Shown here: in pieces, positions 1 to 10,967 of the stretch
How the letters are laid out: each line of letters begins with the position of its first letter
How positions within the stretch are numbered: the stretch's first letter is position 1
Origin: Bradyrhizobium sp.
GTDB lineage: Bacteria > Pseudomonadota > Alphaproteobacteria > Rhizobiales > Xanthobacteraceae
NCBI GenBank assembly: GCA_050726155.1
Contig: JBOHIT010000591.1
Coordinates: 1 to 58,039 of the forward strand
DNA length: 58,039 nt
Reading direction: 5' to 3'
Translations under genes and position numbers: made by a program
Notes under the pieces: generated by a model
What the model saw: the letters and a program-made list of their open reading frames with translations, nothing else
Database searches by the model: none
Told to the model about the DNA's origin: nothing

Positions 1-1
1 G

Positions 2-385
2 GCAACCGGTACGCCCCTGACGATCTGGCAGGAGCTCGGCGTCATTGGCGTCCTGCTTCTCACATCCAAGGGCGCCGCTGGTGTCACGGGATCCGGCTTC
101 ATCGTTCTGGCGGCAACGCTTGCATCCGTCGGGACGATTCCAGTCGCGAGCATCGCCTTGATCCTCGGCATTGACCGCTTCATGTCGGAGGCGCGCGCAC
201 TCACCAACCTCATAGGAAATGGCGTTGCGACAATCGTCGTCGCCAAATGGGAAGGGGCGCTCGATGAAAAAGTGCTCCATCAACGTCTAAACCAGGAGGG
301 CGATGCCGAAGCGGACGATCCGGAATCTGTAAAGATTGCGGATGACGAGAGAGAGGGAGGCACGCCGCAGCCAGTCGTCGCTTGA
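2..385 (+). CDS. dctA: C4-dicarboxylate:cation symporter, 3' part (5' end outside window)
   Basis: Frame is open from base 2 and reads ...[23 protein letters not shown]...[33 protein letters not shown], the DctA/DAACS C-terminal signature; dctB/dctD homologues lie downstream. Confidence 0.92.
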   Translation, partial: ATGTPLTIWQELGVIGVLLLTSKGAAGVTGSGFIVLAATLASVGTIPVASIALILGIDRFMSEARALTNLIGNGVATIVVAKWEGALDEKVLHQRLNQEGDAEADDPESVKIADDEREGGTPQPVVA

Positions 386-463
386 CCCTGGAAACGGCAG
401 AGGCTGCCAGCCGCGCTCGGTAGCGGTCTGGGATGCGCAAGGAACACCAAACAAGGAGTTGAT

Positions 464-1636
464 ATGACTGATGTAGTGATTGTCTCCGCCGCGCGGACGC
501 CGGTTGGCTCCTTCAATGGGGCGTTAGGATCGCTGACCGCCCATGAACTCGGGGCCGTGGCGATCAAGGGGGCGCTCGCGCGCGCCAAGGTTTCGCCGGA
601 AGACGTCGATGAAGTTATCCTGGGCCAGGTCCTGTCCGGCGGTGAGGGGCAGAATCCTGCGCGGCAGGCTGCCATGGCGGCCGGCATTCCGCAGGAGAAG
701 ACGGCGTGGGGCATGAATCAGCTTTGCGGTTCGGGCCTGCGCTCGGTGGCGCTCGGCTTGCAGCAGATCGCCAATGGCGATGCGAAAGTCATCGTCGCCG
801 GCGGCATGGAGTCGATGTCGATGGCGCCGCATCTGTCGCACATGCGGAACGGCACAAAGATGGGTGACACCAAGTTCGTCGACTCCATGCTGAAGGACGG
901 CCTTTTGGATGCGTTCCACGGCTATCATATGGGAGTCACCGCGGAGAACATCGCCGCCAGGTGGCAAATCACCCGGGAAGAGCAGGACGCGTTCGCCACC
1001 AGTTCGCAGAACAAGGCCGAGGACGCGCAGAAGGCCGGCAGGTTTAAGGACGAGATCATTCCCGTCACCGTCAAGACCAGGAAGGGTGACGTTGTCGTCG
1101 ACCAGGACGAATACATTCGCCCGGGAACGACACAGGACGCGCTCGCGAAGCTGAAGCCCGCCTTCAACAAGGAGGGTAGCGTGACCGCCGGCAATGCCTC
1201 CGGCCTCAACGACGGTGCGGCCGCGCTGGTGTTGATGAGCGCCGATGAAGCCAAAAAGCGCGGGCTTACGCCGCTTGCAAAGATCGTCTCCTGGGCGACC
1301 GCGGGGGTTGATCCGGCGGTGATGGGGTCGGGGCCGATCCCTGCTTCCCGCAAGGCGCTCGAAAAGGCGGGCTGGAAGGTCAAGGATCTCGATCTCGTCG
1401 AGGCCAACGAGGCCTTCGCGGCGCAGGCCATCGCGGTCAACAAGGACATGGGCTGGGATCCGTCGATCGTGAACGTGAACGGCGGCGCCATCGCCATCGG
1501 CCATCCGATCGGCGCATCCGGTGCGCGCGTTCTAACGACGCTGCTGTTTGAGATGCAGAAGCGTGGCGCCAAGAAGGGGCTCGCCACGCTGTGCATCGGC
1601 GGTGGCATGGGCGTCGCCCTGACCGTCGAGCGCTAG
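464..1636 (+). CDS. phaA: acetyl-CoA acetyltransferase (beta-ketothiolase)
   Basis: Thiolase motifs [40 protein letters not shown]; precedes phaB. Confidence 0.95.
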   Translation: MTDVVIVSAARTPVGSFNGALGSLTAHELGAVAIKGALARAKVSPEDVDEVILGQVLSGGEGQNPARQAAMAAGIPQEKTAWGMNQLCGSGLRSVALGLQQIANGDAKVIVAGGMESMSMAPHLSHMRNGTKMGDTKFVDSMLKDGLLDAFHGYHMGVTAENIAARWQITREEQDAFATSSQNKAEDAQKAGRFKDEIIPVTVKTRKGDVVVDQDEYIRPGTTQDALAKLKPAFNKEGSVTAGNASGLNDGAAALVLMSADEAKKRGLTPLAKIVSWATAGVDPAVMGSGPIPASRKALEKAGWKVKDLDLVEANEAFAAQAIAVNKDMGWDPSIVNVNGGAIAIGHPIGASGARVLTTLLFEMQKRGAKKGLATLCIGGGMGVALTVER

Positions 1637-1762
1637 ACCGCCTGACGGGCCGGTCATTCCGGCTGAAGCGAGACGCGGACGGCACCGGGCCGCCCGCGAA
1701 CGACAACGGCTCCCCGAGAGCCGGCAAATACCAGTTGAACCAATCAAGATCAGGAGGAGACG

Positions 1763-2488
1763 ATGTCCAGAGTTGCAGTGGTGACCGGCGGAACACGAGG
1801 CATAGGTGAGGCGATCTCGATCGCGCTGAAGGCGGCCGGCTACAAGGTGGCCGCGAGCTACGCCGGCAATGATGCGGCGGCTGCGAAGTTCAAAGGCGAG
1901 ACCGGCATCAACGTCTACAAATGGGACGTATCTAGCTACGACGGCTGCGTCGCAGGTCTGAAGCAAGTGGAGGCCGATCTGGGCCCGGTGGATGTATTGG
2001 TCAACAATGCCGGCATCACCAAGGACGGTATGTTTCACAAGATGACGCCGGACCAATGGTACGCGGTCATCAACACCAACCTGAACTCGCTGTTCAACAT
2101 GACGAGGCCGGTGTGGGAAGGAATGCGCGAGCGCAAGTTCGGCCGCGTGATCTGCATCTCCTCGATCAACGGCCAGAAGGGCCAGATGGGCCAGGTCAAC
2201 TACTCCGCCGCCAAGGCAGGTGACATGGGTTTCGTGAAGGCGCTGGCCCAGGAGGGAGCCCGCTCCGGTATCACCGTCAACACCATCTGTCCCGGCTACA
2301 TCGCCACCGAGATGGTCAAGGCGATCAACCCCGAGGTCGTGGCCAAGAACATTATCCCCCAGATCCCGGTCGGGCGTTTGGGCGAACCGCACGAGATCGC
2401 GCGCACGGTCCTGTTCCTGGCATCGGACGATGCCGGCTTCATCACGGGCTCGACGATATCGGCAAACGGCGGCCAGAGCATGGTGTGA
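1763..2488 (+). CDS. phaB: acetoacetyl-CoA reductase
   Basis: SDR motifs TGGTRGIG, NNAGIT, SSINGQKGQMGQVNYSAAKAG typical of PhaB; RBS AGGAGGAG. Confidence 0.95.
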   Translation: MSRVAVVTGGTRGIGEAISIALKAAGYKVAASYAGNDAAAAKFKGETGINVYKWDVSSYDGCVAGLKQVEADLGPVDVLVNNAGITKDGMFHKMTPDQWYAVINTNLNSLFNMTRPVWEGMRERKFGRVICISSINGQKGQMGQVNYSAAKAGDMGFVKALAQEGARSGITVNTICPGYIATEMVKAINPEVVAKNIIPQIPVGRLGEPHEIARTVLFLASDDAGFITGSTISANGGQSMV

Positions 2489-2494
2489 GCCGCC

Positions 2495-2899
2495 ATGTCG
2501 ATGCAGCCACAAGGGGATCTGACGACGCGAACGCTCGCCATGCCTGCGGATGCAAATCCGAGCGGCGATATCTTCGGCGGCTGGGTGCTGTCCCAGATGG
2601 ACATCGCCGGAGGAATCCATGCCGGACAGCATGCGCAGCGACGGGTTGCAACGGTTGCGATCGAGGCGATGCATTTCATCAAGCCGGTCCATGTCGGAGA
2701 CGTTCTCTGCGTTTACGCCGCGGCCGAGCGTGTCGGCCGGACATCGCTGGCGATCCGCCTGGAGGCTTGGGCGCTGCGCCGCCGCATGGGGGACCGCGTG
2801 AAGGTGACCGAAGGCATCTTTACCTTCGTCGCGCTGGACGCCGAAGGACGACCGTCGCCGATCACGCCCGATCGACGCGTGGAAGCATCGCAAATGTGA
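2495..2899 (+). CDS. acyl-CoA thioesterase (YciA-like, hotdog fold)
   Basis: AMPADANPSGDIFGGWVLSQMDIAGG motif. Confidence 0.9.
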   Translation: MSMQPQGDLTTRTLAMPADANPSGDIFGGWVLSQMDIAGGIHAGQHAQRRVATVAIEAMHFIKPVHVGDVLCVYAAAERVGRTSLAIRLEAWALRRRMGDRVKVTEGIFTFVALDAEGRPSPITPDRRVEASQM

Positions 2900-2945
2900 C
2901 GTCGCACGAGCCTTTCGAACCAAAAGTCAAGTCGAGGAAAGCACA

Positions 2946-5222
2946 ATGGATCAGGATCTGAAGGAAGCCGCACTCGAATATCATCGCCTGCCGAGGCCGG
3001 GGAAGATTTCCGTCGTGCCGACCACGGCGATGGCGACGCAACGCGATCTCGCCCTGGCGTATTCACCTGGCGTGGCGGAACCTTGCCTGGTCATTGCCAA
3101 GGATCCGTTGCAGGCCGATGAACTGACGGCGCGCAGCAACCTCGTGGCCGTCGTCACCAACGGCACCGCCGTGCTCGGTCTCGGCAATATCGGTCCGCTG
3201 GCCAGCAAACCGGTCATGGAAGGCAAGGCGTGCCTGTTCAAGAAGTTCGCAGGCATCGACGTGTTCGATATCGAAATCGCCGAGGACGATCCCGACGCGC
3301 TGATCGAAACCATTGCCAGGATGGAGCCGACTTTCGGCGGCATCAATCTGGAGGACATCAAGGCGCCGGAGTGCTTCTACATCGAACAGAAGCTGCGCGC
3401 CCGAATGAAGATTCCGGTGTTTCACGACGACCAGCACGGCACCGCGATCATCGCGGCGGCGGCGATCCTCAACGGGCTGAAGCTGGTCAAGAAGGACATC
3501 GCGGACGTCAAGCTGGTTTGCTCAGGCGCCGGTGCCGCGGCGCTGGCATGCCTTGACCTCATCGTCAGTCTTGGGTTGCGGCCCGACCGGATCATCGTGA
3601 GCGATGCAAAGGGCGTGGTTTATGCCGGTCGCACCGAGGGCATGGATGACAACAAGGCGCGCTATGCGGTGAAGACCGACGCACGTAAGCTGGACCAGAT
3701 CATTGCGGATGCGGACATCTTTCTCGGCCTGTCCGCCGGCAATGTGCTGACGCCGGATATGGTGAAGAAAATGGCGCGAGATCCGCTGATCTTCGCCATG
3801 GCCAACCCGACACCCGAAATCATGCCGGAGGATGCGCTGGAGGTGCGCCCTGACGCGATCATCGGGACCGGGCGTTCGGACTACCCCAACCAGATCAACA
3901 ATGTGCTGTGCTTCCCGTTCATCTTCAGGGGTGCGCTCGACTGCGGGGCGACCACCATCAATGAGGAGATGAAGCTTGCGACGGTCCGCGCGCTTGCGGA
4001 TCTTGCCATGACCGAAGTGCCGGAGGTGGTCGCCGCCGCGTACAAGGGGGAGGGACTTCGCTTTGGCCGCGACTATCTCATTCCCAAGCCGTTCGACCCG
4101 CGTCTCATCGAAATGATCGCGCCGGCGGTAGCCAAGGCCGCCGCCGACACCGGCGTCGCCAGGCGTCCGATCGTCGATATGGATGCCTATCGTCAGAAAC
4201 TCGGCCGGTTCGTCTACCAGTCCGGCAACGCGATGCAGCCGGTCTTCTCGGTGGCGAAGGGAAGTGGCAAGTCGCTCCTTCTGGCGGAAGGCGAGGATGA
4301 GCGCGTGTTGCGCGCAGCTCAAGTCATCGCTGACGAGAGCATTGCAAAACCGCTGCTTCTCGGCCGGCCTTCGACCATCGAGGAGCGAATCAAGGCATTC
4401 GGTCTCCGGCTCAGCCCAGGCAGCGACTGCGAGATCATCGATCCGCATGACGCTCAGGTCTATTCCAAATGCGCCGACGTCTACCATGCGCGCCGGAAAC
4501 GCGACGGCGTGTCGGCCGCGCTGGCGCTGTCGGAGACACGGAGTAACGCCACGGTGCTGGCGTCGATCCTGCTCGAGAGAGGCGTCGGCGATGCGATGTT
4601 GTGCGGGGTGATCGGAAGGACCGCCGATCATCTGGCCGCCATCCGCCACGTCATCGGACCACGGGAGAACGTGAAGACACTCGCCGTGATGCAGATGCTC
4701 ATTCTCCCGCAGCATCAGCTGTTCATCTGCGATACCCACTGCAATCTCAATCCGACCGCCGAACAGGTTGCCGACATTGCCTTGTTGGCGGCGGCCGAGG
4801 TCAGGCGGTTTGGCATCACGCCGAGGGTGGCGCTGTTGTCGCATTCGAGCTTCGGTAGCTCGCCTGTCCCGGAAGCGCACAAAATGCGGGAGGCGCGCAC
4901 GATCATTCGCGATCGTTCGCCCGATCTGGCCGTGGAAGGCGAGATGCGCGGGGATGCCGCGCTGTCGCAGTCGGTACTCGATCACGAGTTTCCCGATTCC
5001 GGCTTCGTGGGTCCGGCGAATGTGCTGGTTATGCCGAATCTCGACGCTGCCAACATCTCCTACAACCTGTTGCGGATGGCTGCAGGACAGGGGCTGACCG
5101 TTGGCGGCATCCTGCTCGGGGTGGCAAAGCCCGCCCATATCCTCACACCGTCGTCTACGGTGCGGCGCATCGTGAACATGGCTGCCGTCGCGGTCGCAGA
5201 CGCCGTCTCCGAGCGAGCCTGA
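2946..5222 (+). CDS. maeB: NADP-dependent malic enzyme with C-terminal phosphotransacetylase-like domain
   Basis: [48 protein letters not shown]; 758 aa with PTA-like C-terminus ([13 protein letters not shown]). Confidence 0.93.
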   Translation: MDQDLKEAALEYHRLPRPGKISVVPTTAMATQRDLALAYSPGVAEPCLVIAKDPLQADELTARSNLVAVVTNGTAVLGLGNIGPLASKPVMEGKACLFKKFAGIDVFDIEIAEDDPDALIETIARMEPTFGGINLEDIKAPECFYIEQKLRARMKIPVFHDDQHGTAIIAAAAILNGLKLVKKDIADVKLVCSGAGAAALACLDLIVSLGLRPDRIIVSDAKGVVYAGRTEGMDDNKARYAVKTDARKLDQIIADADIFLGLSAGNVLTPDMVKKMARDPLIFAMANPTPEIMPEDALEVRPDAIIGTGRSDYPNQINNVLCFPFIFRGALDCGATTINEEMKLATVRALADLAMTEVPEVVAAAYKGEGLRFGRDYLIPKPFDPRLIEMIAPAVAKAAADTGVARRPIVDMDAYRQKLGRFVYQSGNAMQPVFSVAKGSGKSLLLAEGEDERVLRAAQVIADESIAKPLLLGRPSTIEERIKAFGLRLSPGSDCEIIDPHDAQVYSKCADVYHARRKRDGVSAALALSETRSNATVLASILLERGVGDAMLCGVIGRTADHLAAIRHVIGPRENVKTLAVMQMLILPQHQLFICDTHCNLNPTAEQVADIALLAAAEVRRFGITPRVALLSHSSFGSSPVPEAHKMREARTIIRDRSPDLAVEGEMRGDAALSQSVLDHEFPDSGFVGPANVLVMPNLDAANISYNLLRMAAGQGLTVGGILLGVAKPAHILTPSSTVRRIVNMAAVAVADAVSERA

Positions 5223-5274
5223 TCGGGAGGACGCGCGGTGGGGCGAGCTATGAACTCGATCGGTTGAGGCCATC

Positions 5275-6597
5275 ATGAGTGAGCCGCAGGTGGGAAAATC
5301 CAGGATTGTGATCGTCGGAGGCGGAGCCGGCGGATTGGAGCTTGCGACGCGCCTCGGCGACAAATACGGGCGCAAGGGAAAGCTCGACGTCACCCTGATC
5401 GAGCGAAACCGCTCGCATGTGTGGAAGCCCAAGCTGCACGAAATTGCCGCTGGGAGCATGGATATATCGGCTCACGAGGTCGACTATCTCGCGCAGTCCT
5501 ACTGGCACAGCTTTCGCTACCGGATCGGGGACATGATTGGGATCGACCGGGGCCGGCGTCAGGTCCATGTGGCGCCGTATCTCGATGCGGAAGGCCGTGA
5601 AGTCACGCCGGAGCGGAGCTTCGACTACGATGCCCTGGTCGTCGCCGTTGGAAGCCAGAACAATGATTTCGGCACGCCTGGCGTCGTCGACCATGCGATC
5701 AAGCTCGACTCGCACGGCGATGCGAAGCGGTTCCACGAAAGGATGGTCAATGCGTGCATCCGCGCGCATGCCCAATCGTCGCCGCTGGGAATTCACCAGC
5801 TGAAAGTCGCCATCATCGGCGCTGGTGCTACCGGAGTTGAACTTGCAGCCGAACTGCACAGAACGACACGCGAGGTGGTGGCGTACGGTCTCGATCAGGT
5901 CGATCCTCAGAAGGACATCAGCATTACGTTGATAGAAGCCGCCGATCGGGTGCTTCCGGCGCTGCCGCAACGGGTTTCGAGCGAGACGGAAAAGTTGCTG
6001 GCCAAACTGGGGGTCAATGTGCTGGTCGGCGCCAAGGTCTCCGAAGTCGGCCCCGACCGTGTCAGCCTGACCGACGGCCGGACGATCCCCGCCGAGTTGA
6101 TCGTCTGGGCCGCGGGAGTCAAGGCGCCGGATTTGCTGAAGGATATCGCCGGCCTCGAAACCAACCGCATCAATCAGCTCGTTGTCCGGCCGACGCTGCA
6201 GACGACGCGTGACGACAATGTCTTTGCCATCGGTGACTGCTCGGCCTGCGCATGGGGCGAGCACGGCAACGTGCCGCCTCGGGCGCAGGCGGCTCACCAG
6301 CAGGCGTCGCACCTCTATTCGCAAATCCCGCGCTACCTCGAGGGCCATCCGCTGAAGCCCTATCGGTACCGCGACTTCGGCTCCCTGGTGTCGCTCGGCG
6401 AGTTCAGCGCGGTCGGCTCGATGATGGGAGCGCTCGTCGGCGGCAACCTGGTCTTCGCAGGCATCTTCGCGAGAATGATGTACCTGTCGCTCTACAAGAT
6501 GCACGAACACGCGCTGCACGGTTCGGTGAAGGTGGCGCTCGACACGCTGGCCCGCCTGATCACCCGGCGCACCGAGCCGCACGTGAAGCTCCACTGA
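5275..6597 (+). CDS. ndh: type II NADH dehydrogenase
   Basis: IVIVGGGAGGLELAT, WKPKLHEIAAG, IIGAGATGVELAAEL, VPPRAQAAHQQA. Confidence 0.9.
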   Translation: MSEPQVGKSRIVIVGGGAGGLELATRLGDKYGRKGKLDVTLIERNRSHVWKPKLHEIAAGSMDISAHEVDYLAQSYWHSFRYRIGDMIGIDRGRRQVHVAPYLDAEGREVTPERSFDYDALVVAVGSQNNDFGTPGVVDHAIKLDSHGDAKRFHERMVNACIRAHAQSSPLGIHQLKVAIIGAGATGVELAAELHRTTREVVAYGLDQVDPQKDISITLIEAADRVLPALPQRVSSETEKLLAKLGVNVLVGAKVSEVGPDRVSLTDGRTIPAELIVWAAGVKAPDLLKDIAGLETNRINQLVVRPTLQTTRDDNVFAIGDCSACAWGEHGNVPPRAQAAHQQASHLYSQIPRYLEGHPLKPYRYRDFGSLVSLGEFSAVGSMMGALVGGNLVFAGIFARMMYLSLYKMHEHALHGSVKVALDTLARLITRRTEPHVKLH

Positions 6598-6686
6598 TTG
6601 CGGGGCACGAACGGGATGGATGCTGTGTCGGCCGTTGTGCACGCGATTGGCGGTGAGGCAATGCGCCGAACCTGGAGGGAATACTG

Positions 6687-8078
6687 ATGGACGTTGTGTT
6701 CCTTGCGCGCATCCAGTTCGCCGCCAACATCACGTTCCATATCCTGTTCCCCTCGATTTCGATCGCCCTGGGCTGGGTTCTGCTGTTTTTCCGGATCAAG
6801 CATTTGCGCGCGACCGATCCGCAGCAGAAGGTGGATTGGCTCCGCGCCTACCGGCTGTGGACCAAGATATTCGCCCTGACATTCGCGCTCGGAGTCGTCA
6901 GCGGCGTTACCATGAGCTTCCAGTTCGGCACCAACTGGCCGGGCTACATGGAACGCGTCGGCAATATCGCGGGCCCGCTACTCGGTTATGAAGTGCTGAC
7001 CGCCTTCTTTCTGGAGGCCGGTTTTCTCGGCGTGATGCTGTTCGGTCATCGCCGGGTCGGGGAGGTGATCCATCTCGGATCGACCTTCCTGGTCGCCTTC
7101 GGCACGATGCTGAGTGCATTCTGGATCCTCGCCCTGAATTCATGGATGCAGACGCCGGCGGGCTACGAGATCGTCGACGGCCAGTTTCACGCACGAAACT
7201 GGCTGGAAATCATATTCAACCCGTCCTTCCCGTACCGCTTCGTCCATATGATGCTCGCATCCGCGCTGACCTGCGCGTTCCTGCTGATCGGGATCAGCGC
7301 CTGGCAGATCCTCAAGGGTGTCGCGACAGCCAGTGCGTCGCGCGTTCTGCGGACCGGCCTCATCTTCGCCGCGCTGGCGGCGCCCGCGCAGATGCTGGCG
7401 GGTGACTTTCATGGGCTCAATACGCTCAAACACCAGCCACAGAAGATCGCGGCGATGGAAGGTGTTTGGGAAACCACGCGCGGCGCGCCGCTGCTGCTGT
7501 TCGCGATCCCGGATGATGCGACACGAACCAATCGCTTCGAATTGGCGATTCCAAAACTCGCGAGCCTGATCCTCCGGCACGATCCTGACGGCGAAATCAA
7601 GGGACTGAACGAATTCCCGTCGGCCCATCCGCCGGTCTTTCCCGTGTTCTGGTGCTTCCGGATCATGGTGGGCACCGGCATCCTGATGCTGCTGGTCAGC
7701 TGGATCGGCGTATGGAGGCATTGGCGCGATGGCTGGGATTTCGTAGCGATGCCGCGACCGATGCTCAAGCTGTTCGCTGGAATGACCTTTGCCGGCTGGG
7801 TTGCGACCATTGCGGGATGGTACGTCACGGAGATCGGGCGGCAGCCCTTCATCGTTGCCGGCCTGATTCGAACCAGCGACGTCGCCTCGCGTGTGCCGTC
7901 ATCGAGCGTTGCCCTGACGCTCAGCATCTACATTGCGGTCTATCTGGCGCTGCTCGTGGCCTATGTCGGCGTGCTGAAATACATGGCGGAAACCGCTGAG
8001 AAGGTCGCGGGCGGAATCGTGCCGGAGAACCTTGCCGACGGCCCACGCCAAATTCAGCGCCAGGGAGAATTCGCATGA
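6687..8078 (+). CDS. cydA: cytochrome bd ubiquinol oxidase subunit I (short Q-loop/CioA-like)
   Basis: LARIQFA..FHILFP, FQFGTNW, YEVLTAFFLEA, QPQKIAAMEG, GWYVTEIGRQP. Confidence 0.95.
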   Translation: MDVVFLARIQFAANITFHILFPSISIALGWVLLFFRIKHLRATDPQQKVDWLRAYRLWTKIFALTFALGVVSGVTMSFQFGTNWPGYMERVGNIAGPLLGYEVLTAFFLEAGFLGVMLFGHRRVGEVIHLGSTFLVAFGTMLSAFWILALNSWMQTPAGYEIVDGQFHARNWLEIIFNPSFPYRFVHMMLASALTCAFLLIGISAWQILKGVATASASRVLRTGLIFAALAAPAQMLAGDFHGLNTLKHQPQKIAAMEGVWETTRGAPLLLFAIPDDATRTNRFELAIPKLASLILRHDPDGEIKGLNEFPSAHPPVFPVFWCFRIMVGTGILMLLVSWIGVWRHWRDGWDFVAMPRPMLKLFAGMTFAGWVATIAGWYVTEIGRQPFIVAGLIRTSDVASRVPSSSVALTLSIYIAVYLALLVAYVGVLKYMAETAEKVAGGIVPENLADGPRQIQRQGEFA

Positions 8079-9079
8079 TCTCGATGTCGTTCGACGAACT
8101 GCTTCCTCTGATCTTTATCGGGCTGATGGGGGTGTCGCTGCTCGTCTACGTCGTGAGCGACGGATACGATCTCGGCGTCGGCATGCTCATGCATCGAGCG
8201 GAGCCCGAGGAACGCGACACTATGGTCGCGTCCATCGGTCCGTTCTGGGACGCTAATGAAACGTGGCTGGTTCTTGGCGTCGGTCTGCTTCTTGTTGCTT
8301 TCCCCAAGGCGCATGGACTGGTTCTGTCTGAATTGTACCTGCCGACCGCTCTGATGCTGGTCGGCCTGATCCTGCGCGGCGCAGCCTTTGATTTCAGGGT
8401 CAAGGGCAAGGCCAGCCGGAAGGCGATGTGGGATCGCCTGTTCATCGCCGGATCGATGCTGGCATCCGTGTGTCAGGGGTGGATGCTCGGCCGCTATATC
8501 AGCGGCTTCGGCGAGGGCTGGAACTATCCGATCTTTGCCGGTGCCATTGCGATAGCGCTGCCGATGGCCTACGCGCTGCTGGGCGCGACCTGGCTGGTGA
8601 TGAAGACGGAGGGCCAACTCCAGGACAAGGCGATCGAATGGAGCAAGATTGCCTGGCCACCCATGGTCGCGGGCTTGATGCTGATCTCGATGGCGACGCC
8701 GTGGATCAGCGAGACCGTTCGTGTCAGGTGGTTTACCTTGCCGGCGATGATTGCGGTGGTGTCGATCCCGATCACGACGGGGATCGCGCTCGTGGCGGTG
8801 CGCCTTCTGCTCGGCTCGACGGCCGTGCGCGGCAGCCTGTGCTGGCTGCCATTCGCATTGCTTGTACTCGTATTCGTCCTGAGCTTTCTCGGCCTCAGCT
8901 ACAGCATTTATCCCTTCGTGGTGATTGACAGGCTCACCGTCTGGCAAGCCGCCAGTAGCCCCGAAGCGCTCAAGGTGATCCTGATCGGGGTATGCGTGAC
9001 GCTGCCCGTCATTATCGGCTACACCGGATTTTCCTATCGCGTATTCCGGGGCAAGACCATAGAGTTAGACTATGCATGA
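8075..9079 (+). CDS. cydB: cytochrome bd ubiquinol oxidase subunit II
   Basis: DGYDLGVG and IGPFWDANETWLV motifs; ATGA overlap with cydA. Confidence 0.95.
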   Translation: MISMSFDELLPLIFIGLMGVSLLVYVVSDGYDLGVGMLMHRAEPEERDTMVASIGPFWDANETWLVLGVGLLLVAFPKAHGLVLSELYLPTALMLVGLILRGAAFDFRVKGKASRKAMWDRLFIAGSMLASVCQGWMLGRYISGFGEGWNYPIFAGAIAIALPMAYALLGATWLVMKTEGQLQDKAIEWSKIAWPPMVAGLMLISMATPWISETVRVRWFTLPAMIAVVSIPITTGIALVAVRLLLGSTAVRGSLCWLPFALLVLVFVLSFLGLSYSIYPFVVIDRLTVWQAASSPEALKVILIGVCVTLPVIIGYTGFSYRVFRGKTIELDYA

Positions 9080-10967
9080 GCGCTCGTCCGTTGTGGCCGG
9101 CGCGCTTCGGATGTGCCTGGTTCCCGAGATGACGGACCTTCCATCGCTGGTGAACGTCAAGGGAAGTCCCGAAATCAGTTCGGTGGCGCCCGGCGCCACG
9201 CCCTGGCTGGTTCGCGGAACAATCGCGCTCGCGCTGGTCGTGGCCGCTTCATGGCTCGGCTATGCCGTGGCGTTCCAGCGCGGATTGGATCATGTGCGCG
9301 CGGCCGCGCAGCAGCGGCTGGCCGTGGAAGCCGCCCGGCTCGATGGTCATCTTGCAAGGTTTGAATATTTGCCGTCCCTGCTCGAGACGTCTCCCAGCGT
9401 CTTCCAGCTGCTCGGCGCTCCCACGGATCCCGCACTGCGGCAAAGCGTCAGTCAGTACCTGAAATCGATCAATCTGCTGGCGGGTGCCGACAATCTCTAT
9501 GTCCTCGGCGTCACCGGCGATACGTTGGCGGCGGCCGATTTCGAGCAATCGGGTACGCCGGTCGGCCAAAATCTTTCGTACCGACCCTATGTCAGCGAGT
9601 CGCTCGCGAAAGGTCGCGGGGCGTTCTTCGGCGTCGGCATTACCACTGCGCGCGCCGGCTACTATCTGTCCTATGCCCTGAAGGATGGCGGGACGACGAG
9701 GGGTGTCGCCACCGTCAAGGTCAATCTGGATTCGTTCGAGCGCGCGTGGCGCGACACCGACAGCGATATGCTTCTGCTCGACGAGCGCCGGGTCACGATA
9801 CTTTCTTCCCGCGATGCGTGGCGTTTTCATCCGATGGCGGTGCTGTCGCCTCAGATGCGCGAAGAGATTTCGCGATCCAAGCCATACGGAAACTACGAGC
9901 TGAAGCCGCTCGGATGGACCTTCGTCGATCAGTTCTCGGGTGGTGCTGCACGTGTCATCGCGGAAAACGGCGCGGCCTACACCCTCAGCGAACGGCCGAT
10001 CAACCAAGGTCTGTGGAACCTGCTTGTTCTCGACGACGAGGCGCCGACGCAGCAGACGGCGCTCATCATCGGCGCGATGTCAGGTCTCGCCGCCATCGTT
10101 GCTCTACTGGCGGCCGGCCTTGTCGCGCAACGTCGGCGAGAGATCAAGCAACGGCTGGCCAGCCAGGCGGCGTTGCAGGCGGCGAACGACATGCTCGAGA
10201 CCAGAGTGCAGGACCGCACCGCTGAACTGCGGGCCGCGCAGGATGATCTGGTCCATGCGGGCAAGCTGGCCGCTCTAGGCCAGATGTCGGCCGGAATCGT
10301 CCACGAACTGAACCAGCCTTTGGCTGCGCTGCAGACCGCCGCCGACAATGCCGTCCTGCTGGTGGATCGCGGGTCGATCGGCGATGCCCGCGGAAATCTC
10401 ACCCGGATCGGCGAACTGGTACGTCGCCTCGGACGCCTGAGCGGTCAGCTGCGCGTCTTTGCCTACAAGTCGAGCGGCCCGCTTGACGCGGTATCCGTTG
10501 AACACGCCATTGCCGAATCCCTCAAAATCCTGGCCGCGCGCCTCAAGGAGGGAGGCGTCGATCTCGTCACCGACATTGACGCCGGTCTTTGCGTCGTTGC
10601 CGACCAGACGCGGCTCGAACAACTGTTTTGCAACATCGTGGCAAATGCGCTGGACGCCGTGGAGAGTGTCGAGCGCAAGTCGATCATGGTCCGGGCGATC
10701 CGGGAAGAGGGGCAGGCCGCCCGCTGCCGCATTGCCATCAGCAATAGCGGTCCTGCGATCGCGCCCGATGTGCTGCAGCGCATGTTCGAGCCGTTCGTGA
10801 CGACCAAGCCCGCGGGCAAGGGACTCGGCCTCGGCCTGATGCTTTCCAACCACATCGCGCGCTCCTTTGGCGGTGAATTGCATGCGCGAAATCTCGCGCC
10901 CAGCGGCGCCGAGTTCGTCGTGATCCTTCCGTTGGCTGATATGGCAGAGGCTTTGCATGGGCGATGA
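9072..10967 (+). CDS. dctB: C4-dicarboxylate sensor histidine kinase (start uncertain, may be 9129)
   Basis: Two TM segments around a Cache domain (YRPY, GITTARAGYY); H-box GIVHELNQPL; FEPFVTTK and GLGLGL. Confidence 0.85.
   Translation: MHERSSVVAGALRMCLVPEMTDLPSLVNVKGSPEISSVAPGATPWLVRGTIALALVVAASWLGYAVAFQRGLDHVRAAAQQRLAVEAARLDGHLARFEYLPSLLETSPSVFQLLGAPTDPALRQSVSQYLKSINLLAGADNLYVLGVTGDTLAAADFEQSGTPVGQNLSYRPYVSESLAKGRGAFFGVGITTARAGYYLSYALKDGGTTRGVATVKVNLDSFERAWRDTDSDMLLLDERRVTILSSRDAWRFHPMAVLSPQMREEISRSKPYGNYELKPLGWTFVDQFSGGAARVIAENGAAYTLSERPINQGLWNLLVLDDEAPTQQTALIIGAMSGLAAIVALLAAGLVAQRRREIKQRLASQAALQAANDMLETRVQDRTAELRAAQDDLVHAGKLAALGQMSAGIVHELNQPLAALQTAADNAVLLVDRGSIGDARGNLTRIGELVRRLGRLSGQLRVFAYKSSGPLDAVSVEHAIAESLKILAARLKEGGVDLVTDIDAGLCVVADQTRLEQLFCNIVANALDAVESVERKSIMVRAIREEGQAARCRIAISNSGPAIAPDVLQRMFEPFVTTKPAGKGLGLGLMLSNHIARSFGGELHARNLAPSGAEFVVILPLADMAEALHGR

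Noticed and set aside
1735..1747. FixK/Fnr box before phaB (TTGA-ACCAA-TCAA)
   Set aside because: The spacer is 5 nt rather than the required 6, and the site overlaps the RBS region.
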